Origin: Acidobacteriota bacterium
GTDB taxonomy: Bacteria > Acidobacteriota > Terriglobia > Bryobacterales > Bryobacteraceae
Length of the DNA: 64,000 nucleotides
NCBI GenBank assembly: GCA_947470805.1
Contig: CANIVU010000029.1
Span: 1,583 to 65,582, forward strand
Direction: 5' to 3'
Shown: one piece after another, positions 56,005-64,000 of the stretch
Layout of the letters: each line of letters begins with the position of its first letter
How positions within the stretch are numbered: the stretch's first letter is position 1
Position numbers and translations under genes: made by a program
The notes under the pieces: generated by a model
What the model was told of the DNA's origin: nothing
Databases searched by the model: none
The model's input: only the letters and a program-made list of their open reading frames with translations

Positions 56005-58356
56005 TTGGCCGCAAACGAAGGAACGAACAACACCTGGAACCAGGTAGAAGATTTGTTTGCCGAAGCGGTCACAATGCCGGTGGCCGCCAGAGGCCCCTGG
56101 TTGAACGAGCAGTGCGCCCAGGATAGCGACACCCACTCCCAGGTACTCGCCCTCCTTGCCGCCCACGAACAACAGGGAGACTTCCTCCAGGCCCCCATGC
56201 TCGACTTCCGCGGCCAGTCCTTCGGCGCCTACAAAGCCACCGACGAGATCGGCCGCGGCGGTATGAGCGTCGTCTACAAGGGCGAACGCTCCGATGGCGA
56301 CTTCCAAAAACACGTCGCCATCAAAGTCGTCCTGGTCCAGTCCCACGCCTCTATCCAATTCGGCGAAACCCAAATCCTCGCCGCCCTCGAACACCACAAC
56401 ATCGCCCGCCTCATGGACGCCGGCTCCACGCCGCTCGGCTTCCGCTACCTGCTCATGGAGTACGTCGAAGGCCAGCCCTGCACCGCCTTCGCCTCCGCCC
56501 TCAACGAAAAACAGAAGCTCCGCCTCTTCCTCCAAATGTGCGCCGGCGTCCAATACGCCCATCGCTCCCTCGTCGTCCATCGCGATCTCAAACCCGACAA
56601 CATCCTCGTCACCCCCGACGGCACCGTCAAACTCCTCGACTTCGGCATCGCCAAACTCCTCACCCCCGACGCCACGGACGCCCAAACGAAAGGCGTGCAA
56701 GCTTACACGCCCGATTACGCCAGCCCCGAACAGATCCTGGGCCAACCCGTCACCACCGCCACCGATATCTACTCCCTCGGCGTCCTGCTCTGCGAACTCC
56801 TCTCCTCCCGCCGCCCCCGCTCCCTCACCGGCCTAACTAACGAAGAAATCGTCACCCGCGCCAAGACCGAAGAAATCACCCAACTCCCCCTCTCCGGCGA
56901 CCTCGCCATCATCGCCCGCAAAGCTCTCCGCCGCGATCCTGCCGAACGCTATGAATCCGCCGGCGCCCTCGCCCGCGACGTCGAACGCTACCTCGACGGC
57001 ATGCCCATCGAAGCCCGCGAACCCTCATGGTCCTACCGCGCCTCAAAGTTCATCTCCCGCAATAAAATTGCCGTCTTTGCCGCCACCCTCGCCGTCGCCG
57101 GCCTGGCCATCGCCACCGGCGTCGCCATCTGGCAGGCCCGCCTTGCCGCTACCCGCTTTGAACAGGTCCGCACCCTCGCCCGCTCGGTCATGTTCGATCT
57201 CCACGACGCCGTCAAGCCCCTCCCCGGTTCCCTGCCCGCCCGCAAGATCATTGTCGATCGCTCCCTCGTATACCTCGAAGCCCTCGCCAACGACACCAAT
57301 GCCGCGGACGATGTTCAACTCGACGTCGCCCGCGGCTTCCTCCGCCTCTCCGACATCCAGGGCAAGGACTACGGCGGCGCCAGCCTCGGCCAATCCGGCG
57401 AGGCAGTGACCATGGCCGCCCGTGCCGTCGAAGTCGCCAACCGCGTCGCCACCCGTAGCCCCAAAAACATCGCCGCACGCCAACTCCTGGTCGATGCCCT
57501 CGACTACAACACCACCGCCCACAACATCCGCGGCGAAACCGACAAAGCCCTCGCCCTCGCCCAAACCAACCTGCAGATCGCCACCAACCTCCCCCCCGCC
57601 CTCGAAAACAAAGACCGCCTCGCCACCACCTACAAGCAACTCGCCGCCGTCTACGAGGAAAAGCGCGACTTCCCCAACGCCATCCCCAAATACCTTCAGG
57701 CCCTCCAACTCCGCCAGGAACTCTACAACACCACCCCCGACGACCTGCCCCGCCTCCAGCGCCTCGCCGAAGCCAATCAGTGGCTCGGCAGCTCCTACGG
57801 CCGCCAGAAAGACTACCCCAACGCCGGCATCTACGCCAAAGAAGCCCTCCGCCTCGATGAACTCCGTTACCAGAAGGATCCCCGCGGCGCCCGGCCCAAC
57901 ATCGCCAGCGACGCCGTTCTCTACTCCCTCTCCGAACGCCGCGCCGGCCGTATCGACCAATCCGTCGCCCTCCTTCGCCGCGCTCTGGCAGTGCGCCAGG
58001 AAATCGCCGCCGAAGACCCATCCAGCGTCATCGCCACCTTGCGCGTTGCCTCCAGCAAGGAACGCCTCGCCGACGCGCTTCGCGAAGCCAAACAGTACCC
58101 CGAAGCCATCCACCTCGGCGAAGAATCCCTCAAATTAACCCGTCAAATCCATGAAAAGGACCTCAACAACGTCGCCGTCAACCGCGAGATGGTCTACGCC
58201 CACCTCGACCTCGCCCTCGCCTACACCGCCGTAAACAACAAGCCCCGCGCCTGCGCCATCGTCGCCGATCTCGTCCGCTTCGACCAACCCTCCGTCAAAG
58301 GCATCCACCCCGCTACCGATAAGGAAATCGCCAAAGCCCGCGCTCTCTGTAAGTAG
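56005..58356 (+). CDS. Ser/Thr protein kinase with TM and TPR-like tail
   Basis: TTG start. Motifs: GRGGMSVVYKG, VVHRDLKPDNILV, DFGIAKLL. TM at IAVFAATLAVAGLAIATGVAI, followed by a long helical-repeat region. Confidence 0.9.
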   Translation: MAANEGTNNTWNQVEDLFAEAVTMPVAARGPWLNEQCAQDSDTHSQVLALLAAHEQQGDFLQAPMLDFRGQSFGAYKATDEIGRGGMSVVYKGERSDGDFQKHVAIKVVLVQSHASIQFGETQILAALEHHNIARLMDAGSTPLGFRYLLMEYVEGQPCTAFASALNEKQKLRLFLQMCAGVQYAHRSLVVHRDLKPDNILVTPDGTVKLLDFGIAKLLTPDATDAQTKGVQAYTPDYASPEQILGQPVTTATDIYSLGVLLCELLSSRRPRSLTGLTNEEIVTRAKTEEITQLPLSGDLAIIARKALRRDPAERYESAGALARDVERYLDGMPIEAREPSWSYRASKFISRNKIAVFAATLAVAGLAIATGVAIWQARLAATRFEQVRTLARSVMFDLHDAVKPLPGSLPARKIIVDRSLVYLEALANDTNAADDVQLDVARGFLRLSDIQGKDYGGASLGQSGEAVTMAARAVEVANRVATRSPKNIAARQLLVDALDYNTTAHNIRGETDKALALAQTNLQIATNLPPALENKDRLATTYKQLAAVYEEKRDFPNAIPKYLQALQLRQELYNTTPDDLPRLQRLAEANQWLGSSYGRQKDYPNAGIYAKEALRLDELRYQKDPRGARPNIASDAVLYSLSERRAGRIDQSVALLRRALAVRQEIAAEDPSSVIATLRVASSKERLADALREAKQYPEAIHLGEESLKLTRQIHEKDLNNVAVNREMVYAHLDLALAYTAVNNKPRACAIVADLVRFDQPSVKGIHPATDKEIAKARALCK

Positions 58357-58362
58357 TCCGGC

Positions 58363-58872
58363 CTACCTCCCCGCCAGCCGCCCAAACAGCCACGCCCGCG
58401 AAAACTCCCAATCCCGCTTCGCCGTCGACAACGATATCTCCAGCGCCTCGGCGATCTCCGGAAACTCCAGCCCCCCGAAAAACCGCATCTCCACCACTCG
58501 CGCCTTCCGCTCATCCTTCAACGCGAGCTCGTCCAGCGCCCGGTCAATTTCGATCACCTGCTCCACCTGCACCGACACGCCCGCCCCCGCCATCTCCACC
58601 CCCGGCGTCCACTCCAACCGCTCCCACTCCCCATCCCGCTTCTGCGCCATCCGCGCCCGCACCGCGTCGATCAAAACCATCCGCATCGTCCGCGACGCCA
58701 GCGCCAGAAAGTGCGTCCGGCTCTTCCACCCGTGCCCAGCCAACCGCAACCACGCCTCGTGCACCAACTGGGTCGCCTGCAAACTCGGCTGCTTCCCGCC
58801 CCGGCTCAGATGGATCACCGCAATCTTATGTAACTCGCCGTACACCGCGGCAACGTCGGCTTCCTGGCTCAC
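58363..58872 (-). CDS. ECF-type sigma factor (TIGR02999-like)
   Basis: SLQATQLVHEAWLRL. Region 4 at LEFPEIAEALEISLSTAKRDWEFSRAWL. Convergent with the kinase, with 6 nt between the stops. Confidence 0.9.
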   Translation of the reverse strand: MSQEADVAAVYGELHKIAVIHLSRGGKQPSLQATQLVHEAWLRLAGHGWKSRTHFLALASRTMRMVLIDAVRARMAQKRDGEWERLEWTPGVEMAGAGVSVQVEQVIEIDRALDELALKDERKARVVEMRFFGGLEFPEIAEALEISLSTAKRDWEFSRAWLFGRLAGR

Positions 58873-58977
58873 ACCTCATCTTACCAATGCCATATCCCCC
58901 ACCGCCCGAATAGCATAAGGCTTCTTCTTTCAGCATTTTGACTAGGAAGAACCGCCGCCGCACCGATATAGATTATT

Positions 58978-59331
58978 GTGAGACAACGACCCAAGACTCT
59001 CCTGCTCTGTGCTGATATCGTCCAAGTGGAATGGTCCGACGACCGCGGAGTTCCCCGTCGTTCCCCCGCCATTCTCGAAGAGATCCAACCCTCCGGCGCC
59101 CTCCTCCTGCTCGATACCGACCACCCGCCCCACAAGGCCAACGCCGTCAAACTCTCCCCCTGCGGCTACCGCGGCAAAGCCCGCCGCTCCACCGAATCTC
59201 CCTCCGGCTTCCACATCGAAATCGCCTTCGACAAAGGGGTGCGCTGGCATCCCGCCGACTACCAGCCCACCCACTCGTTCAATCCCAATTCCCGCCCTAC
59301 TCCTCCTTCCGCAACCGGTCCACACCACTGA
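58978..59331 (+). CDS. Small hypothetical protein, possibly PilZ-like
   Basis: GTG start. C-ending codon style fits plus-strand genes. The pattern ...RSPAILEEIQPSGALLLLD...GFHIEIAF is loosely PilZ-like. It overlaps the convergent LamG gene by 35 nt. Confidence 0.4.
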   Translation: MRQRPKTLLLCADIVQVEWSDDRGVPRRSPAILEEIQPSGALLLLDTDHPPHKANAVKLSPCGYRGKARRSTESPSGFHIEIAFDKGVRWHPADYQPTHSFNPNSRPTPPSATGPHH

Positions 59332-60442
59332 TCCCGCGCAACCCGCCGGGCGTCTGCAAGAGACCCTTTACATACAGCAGGTGGTCGTCGGCCGTCTTGG
59401 CATCGTGCGTGTAGAACTGGCAGAAAAGGTCCGGATACCCGTCCGCGTTCGCCGGCTTGCCATCCTGACACGAGTACTTCTTCTCATTCGACACCCGGCA
59501 GCTCTTCACCGGACTCCCGCCCAGCGTCAAACTGAACAAGTCCACCTGCGCCACCGGCACCATCGCCGACCCGTAAATCACCACCGGCACCACGCCCTCC
59601 CGCTCAAACCCATCGTCATCTCCCTCCAAACAACGCCCCGGCTGAATATCGATCTCCACACCCAGGCACTGCCCCAACGGCAACGTCCAGAACTTCTGGA
59701 TCTCCGCCTCCGTCAACGCGCGGCTGAATAACTCCACCTCGTCCAACTGGCCCACCAGCGGCAAAGTGCCATCAAAATTCGTGCAAACACTGGCCCCAAT
59801 CTGCAACGGCGCCGCATTCGATAACCGCAACACATTCGCCGTCGTCTGTGTGTCCCGCAAGATCCCGTCCACATACAACTTCGCCGTCGTCCCCGCCCGC
59901 GTCAGCGCCACGTGATGATATGCCCCGTCATTCACCGGCACCTGGGAATACAACAACGCATACCCCGCCCCCCCCGGGTCCGACGTATTGTCCAACTCCA
60001 CCACCACCTGCCCCAGCCGCGTCACCGCCGACGGATTCGCCGAACCCACCATCCGGAAACTCCAGAAGTCCGAAAACGCACACACCGCCCGCTTCTCCAC
60101 CAGCGCCGTCCCCGTCCCCGCCGAAGCCGTCGTCTTCATCCAGAAACTAACCGTAAAATCGGCCACTCCGAAGTTCCCCGCCGTGGTCCCAAAGTCCACG
60201 CTCCCAGCCCCGTTAAACGTAAATCCGGAACCGACACGCCCCGGCCCAAACGTCACAGCCCCGTGCGCCGTCCCCTGCGCCGACCCCACCAAATCATTGG
60301 CGTTCCCATCTCCGGGCCACCAATTCGTCATCCCCGCCGGCGGCGTCATACACGGCGCCTCCCCGGCAAACATCCGCCCCGCCAGCAGGGCCACTACGCA
60401 TAACTTCGTAATTCCTGTATAAGTCATCAAACGCTCCTGCAC
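59297..60442 (-). CDS. Secreted LamG (concanavalin-A-like lectin) domain protein
   Basis: Signal peptide, then NWWPGDGNANDLVGSAQGTAHGAVTFGPGRVGSGFTFNG...FTVSFWMKT and LDEVELFSRALTEAEI. Confidence 0.75.
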   Translation of the reverse strand: MQERLMTYTGITKLCVVALLAGRMFAGEAPCMTPPAGMTNWWPGDGNANDLVGSAQGTAHGAVTFGPGRVGSGFTFNGAGSVDFGTTAGNFGVADFTVSFWMKTTASAGTGTALVEKRAVCAFSDFWSFRMVGSANPSAVTRLGQVVVELDNTSDPGGAGYALLYSQVPVNDGAYHHVALTRAGTTAKLYVDGILRDTQTTANVLRLSNAAPLQIGASVCTNFDGTLPLVGQLDEVELFSRALTEAEIQKFWTLPLGQCLGVEIDIQPGRCLEGDDDGFEREGVVPVVIYGSAMVPVAQVDLFSLTLGGSPVKSCRVSNEKKYSCQDGKPANADGYPDLFCQFYTHDAKTADDHLLYVKGLLQTPGGLRGISGVDRLRKEE

Positions 60443-60535
60443 CCAATACGAAAAAGCATCCAGACATTTTTCATCCCTAAAACAAACTCTCCACGCCCCA
60501 CGCCCCGCATGCGTCTAACCACCTAGGGCCAACTT

Positions 60536-61219
60536 ATGAAACTCACGCTCCTCCTCTCCCTCCTCCTCCCCCTCTCCGCCCAAACCCTCACCCTCCCCCC
60601 GCACCTCATCCGCCTGTTCCAGTTCCCCTCCCCCGAACCGCCCCCGCTCGCCGCCGCCCCGTCCGCAGGCATCTTCCTCTTCGCCATGTCCGCCATCACA
60701 GGCCAATCGGAATCCTGGACCCTCGAAACCCACAACTCCTTCCAATCCCTCGAAGACTTCGACGCCGCCCAACCCCGCTCTCCCAAACCCGACGCTCGCA
60801 CCCTCCTCGCCCTCCACCGCCAAAACTGGTCCTACCGCCCCGACGAAGCCATCCTCGCCCTCCGCAAAGCCCGCTACTTCCAGGTCTCCTACTACCGCAC
60901 CGGCCTCGGTTCGGAATCCGAATTCGCCGAACTCCTCAATGCCCGCCGCGCCAGCCTCGACAATCTCAACATCGATCGCCCCTTTCTCGTCTACCAGGTC
61001 ATCGCCGGCGCCCCCTCCGGCACCTACATCGTCTTCTCCCCACTGCCCTCCCTCAAAACCTTCGACGAAGTCCCCCGCCGCGTCAACAACCCACGCCCCG
61101 CCGCCCGTCCCGGCGCCGACGTCACCCACGAGAACATCCTCTTCCGCCTCGACCCCGCCCGCTCCCACGTCTCCCCCGAATTCGCCGAGTCCGATCCCGC
61201 GTTTTGGCGCGCCAAATAA
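60536..61219 (+). CDS. Hypothetical secreted protein
   Basis: Signal MKLTLLLSLLLPLSAQ. 227 aa. Codon style is consistent. No motif recognised. Confidence 0.55.
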   Translation: MKLTLLLSLLLPLSAQTLTLPPHLIRLFQFPSPEPPPLAAAPSAGIFLFAMSAITGQSESWTLETHNSFQSLEDFDAAQPRSPKPDARTLLALHRQNWSYRPDEAILALRKARYFQVSYYRTGLGSESEFAELLNARRASLDNLNIDRPFLVYQVIAGAPSGTYIVFSPLPSLKTFDEVPRRVNNPRPAARPGADVTHENILFRLDPARSHVSPEFAESDPAFWRAK

Positions 61220-61238
61220 GCACGCAACCCGATATCAT

Positions 61239-62684
61239 ATGTGGGCAATGGCCCCCATCCGCCTGCTCGCCCTCGCCCTAGCCGCCCTCCCCTGCCTCGC
61301 CCAATACTCGATCCAACGGGCAACTTCCCCCATCACCATCGACGCCAAACTCGATGAACCCGCCTGGCGCAACGCCCCCTCCATGGGCGACCTGACGTTC
61401 AACTGGTACGAATCCGGCGAAAAAGAACAGACCATCGCCAAAATCCTCTACGACGACGAAAATCTCTACGTCTCCTGGTACGCCAAAGACAAAAACATCT
61501 CCGCCTACGAAAAACGTCGCCACGGCCCAGTCTCCAAAGACGATTGCGTCGAAATCTTCATCTCGCCCAACCCCGCCAAACCCGCCAACTACTACACCTG
61601 GGAAATCAACGCCATCGGCACCGTCCTCAATCGCAACAAATCGGACTGGTACACCGGCGGCCCCACCTGGGAGCCCGAAGGCGTCGAATTCAAGGCCACC
61701 TTCCAGGGCGCGGAGAAGAAGGACGAATCCCCCGACGACGATCACTGGATCGTCGAGCTGAAAATCCCCCTCCGCAACTTCGCCCGCGACGCCGCCCACA
61801 CCCCGCCCCTCGATGGCGATGAATGGCGCCTGAACATCAGCCGAATCGGCGGCAAAACCAACCCCCAACTCTCCACCTGGTCGCCCATCCCCCCGCCCTC
61901 AAAAACCTTCCACACCCCCACCGCCTTCGGCAAAGTCGTCTTCTCCAATCCCCCCACCCAGCAACCCCGCGCCCGCGGCCCCCGCCGCGTCCGCTTCAAT
62001 CCCGCCGAAGCCAAAGCCGGCGCCGAACTCTACAACCGCTCCTGCACCATGTGCCACGGTCTCAACGGCGCCGCCGGCGACCGCGCCCCCGCCCTCGGCG
62101 CCCAACGCCGCTACCTCCGCGGAACATCGGAAGAACTCTACGACGCCATCAAAAACGGAATTAAAGGTACCGGCATGCCCGGCTCCGCCCTCCCCGAAGC
62201 CGACGTTCGCAAGATGATCGCCTACATCCACTCCCTCCGCGCCACCGCCGTCGATGTCGACACGCCCGGCAACCCAGCCCGCGGCGCCGAACTCTTCCAA
62301 ACCTCCGCCAATTGCGCAAAATGCCACATGGTCGCCGGCCGCGGCGGCGTCCTCGGCCCCGATCTCTCCAACATCGGCGCCGAACGCAGCCTCGCCGCCC
62401 TCCGGGAAGCCGTCACCGTCGCCAAGCCCCTCCCGCCCCGCGGCTACCAGCCCGTCAAAGTCGTTACCACCAAGGGCCAAACCATCATTGGCCTGCTAAA
62501 GAACCAACACAACTCCAGCTACCAAATCTTAGGCACCGACGAAAAGCTGCACTTACTGCTAACCTCCGAAATCAAATCCATCGACTTCCAAAAGAAATCC
62601 CTCATGCCCATCCCCGCCCTGCCCGCCGCCGATCTCGACGACATCATCGCCTACCTCAGCCGCCAGGCCCGGAGCCGGAGATAA
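61239..62684 (+). CDS. Secreted CBM9-like domain protein fused to two c-type cytochrome domains
   Basis: ORF trimmed to ATG 61239 (signal LLALALAALPCLAQ). ITIDAKLDEPAWRNAP...DDCVEIFISP...WEINAIG. Haem motifs CTMCHGLNG and CAKCHMVAG. Confidence 0.8.
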   Translation: MWAMAPIRLLALALAALPCLAQYSIQRATSPITIDAKLDEPAWRNAPSMGDLTFNWYESGEKEQTIAKILYDDENLYVSWYAKDKNISAYEKRRHGPVSKDDCVEIFISPNPAKPANYYTWEINAIGTVLNRNKSDWYTGGPTWEPEGVEFKATFQGAEKKDESPDDDHWIVELKIPLRNFARDAAHTPPLDGDEWRLNISRIGGKTNPQLSTWSPIPPPSKTFHTPTAFGKVVFSNPPTQQPRARGPRRVRFNPAEAKAGAELYNRSCTMCHGLNGAAGDRAPALGAQRRYLRGTSEELYDAIKNGIKGTGMPGSALPEADVRKMIAYIHSLRATAVDVDTPGNPARGAELFQTSANCAKCHMVAGRGGVLGPDLSNIGAERSLAALREAVTVAKPLPPRGYQPVKVVTTKGQTIIGLLKNQHNSSYQILGTDEKLHLLLTSEIKSIDFQKKSLMPIPALPAADLDDIIAYLSRQARSRR

Positions 62685-62687
62685 CCC

Positions 62688-64000
62688 ATGCGCCTCTTCT
62701 TACTCACTTCCTCCCTCGCCTTCGCCCAGGTCACTTACCCGGACTTACTCAAGCCCAACCCCGCCAACTGGCTCCACTACAACGGCCAGTATCATTCCCA
62801 ACGCCATTCGCCCCTGCAACAAGTAACAACCGCCAACGTCAAGAAACTCGTCCCCCAGTGGATGTACCACGTCGAATCGGCCCGCCGCCTCGAGTCAGTC
62901 CCCCTGGTCGTCGATGGCGTCATGTACTTCACCAATCCCAATGAGGTCTACGCTCTCGACGCCCGAACGGGGCGCGAAATCTGGCGTTACGAGCGCCAAC
63001 CGGCGCTCCAAAAAGGGCCCAACCGCGGCGTCGCCGTCTACGGCAACAAGGTGTACATCGGCACGCCCGACGCCCATCTCGTCGCCCTCGACGCCCGCAA
63101 CGGTTCCATGCTCTGGGAAACCAAAATCGCCGAAGCCAGCGAAGGCTACTGGTCCCCCGCCGCCCCCATGGTCATCAAGGACAAAGTCATCATGGGCATC
63201 GCCCCCAGTGACCACGGCCTGAACGGCTTCCTCGACGCCTACGACGCCAACACCGGCGAACGCCTCTGGCGCTGGCACGCCATCCCCAAACCCGGCGAAC
63301 CCGGCAACGAAACCTGGGCCGGCGACTCCTGGAAAACCGGCGGCGGCGGCACCTGGCTCACTGGCTCCTACGACCCCGAATTGAACCTCCTCTACTGGGG
63401 CACCGGCAACCCCGCCCCCGACTTCGACGGCGACGTGCGCAAAGGCGATAACCTCTACACCGAATGCATCGTCGCCCTCGATGCCGACACCGGCAAAATG
63501 AAGTGGTACTTCCAAACCACCCCCTGGGACGTCCACGATTGGGACGCCGTCGAAATCCCCATCCTCGTCGACACGCCCTACAAAGGAAAACCCCGCAAAC
63601 TCCTCGTCCAGGGCAATCGCAACGGCTACTACTACGTGCTGGACCGTGTCACCGGCGAATTCCTCCACGGCACCCCGTTCCTCAAGGAAATCAACTGGGC
63701 CAGCGGCCTCACGGACAAAGGGCGCCCCATCCGCGTCGAAGGCGTTATCCCCAGCCTCAAAGGCACCAAAACCTGCCCGGCCACCTCCGGTGCGACGAAC
63801 TGGATGTCCCCCGCCTACAACCCTTCCACCAACTGGTTCTATCTGGTGGCGCAGGAAGGCTGCGGTATCAACACCAAAAGCCGCGACACCTTCCGCCCCG
63901 GCGGCAATTCGTTCATGGGCACCGGCTACATCGAAAGCCCGGAAGAGCCATGGCAAATGTACATCCGCGCCCTCGACGTAACTACCGGCAAATTGATGTG
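62688..64000 (+). CDS. PQQ-dependent dehydrogenase (quinoprotein alcohol/sugar dehydrogenase family), 3' end outside window
   Basis: ATG 62688, which lies 3 nt after the upstream stop. Open to the window end and not in the ORF track. Motifs: NWLHYNGQYHSQRHSPL, PLVVDGVMYFTNPNEVYALDARTGREIW, YDPELNLLYWGTGNPAPD, DVHDWD. Confidence 0.88.
   Translation, partial: MRLFLLTSSLAFAQVTYPDLLKPNPANWLHYNGQYHSQRHSPLQQVTTANVKKLVPQWMYHVESARRLESVPLVVDGVMYFTNPNEVYALDARTGREIWRYERQPALQKGPNRGVAVYGNKVYIGTPDAHLVALDARNGSMLWETKIAEASEGYWSPAAPMVIKDKVIMGIAPSDHGLNGFLDAYDANTGERLWRWHAIPKPGEPGNETWAGDSWKTGGGGTWLTGSYDPELNLLYWGTGNPAPDFDGDVRKGDNLYTECIVALDADTGKMKWYFQTTPWDVHDWDAVEIPILVDTPYKGKPRKLLVQGNRNGYYYVLDRVTGEFLHGTPFLKEINWASGLTDKGRPIRVEGVIPSLKGTKTCPATSGATNWMSPAYNPSTNWFYLVAQEGCGINTKSRDTFRPGGNSFMGTGYIESPEEPWQMYIRALDVTTGKLM

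Overview
64-kb high-GC bacterial chromosomal segment. It is densely coding, with about 55 CDS. I recognised no rRNA, tRNA, CRISPR array, integrase or transposase. All functional calls come from reading motifs by eye; no database search was run.

Gene content suggests an Acidobacteriota-like soil bacterium (inference). It includes three TIGR02999-like ECF sigma factors, two of them associated with TPR-tailed Ser/Thr kinases, plus many secreted hydrolases and LamG, BNR and FG-GAP-like proteins.

Ordinary content: uvrB, a YihY-like protein, rlmA, a sulfatase, several esterases, M48 and M81 peptidases, a TetR-MFP-RND efflux operon, and a PQQ dehydrogenase with a cytochrome c partner.

The most notable feature is a ~17-kb ferredoxin-centred redox island at 25.9-43.2 kb.
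- On the minus strand: rnfB, a 1646-aa pyruvate:ferredoxin-oxidoreductase-like gene with a C-terminally fused ferredoxin-like domain, rnfC-D-G-E-A, a 70-aa Cys-rich membrane micro-protein, and a plant-type FNR. Almost every junction is a 4-nt ATGA overlap.
- Divergently on the plus strand: apbE-korA-korB, a catalytically degenerate paralogue of the PFOR TPP domain, and a truncated haemoglobin.

Other observations:
- A block from ~18.6 kb to ~31-37 kb has G/C strand asymmetry and an orientation-to-codon rule opposite to both flanks (candidate inversion).
- Two adjacent PD-(D/E)XK-like genes, one broken by an in-frame TAG.
- A ~76-bp repeat family, a perfect 28-bp tandem duplication, and a decayed FAD-oxidoreductase pseudogene.
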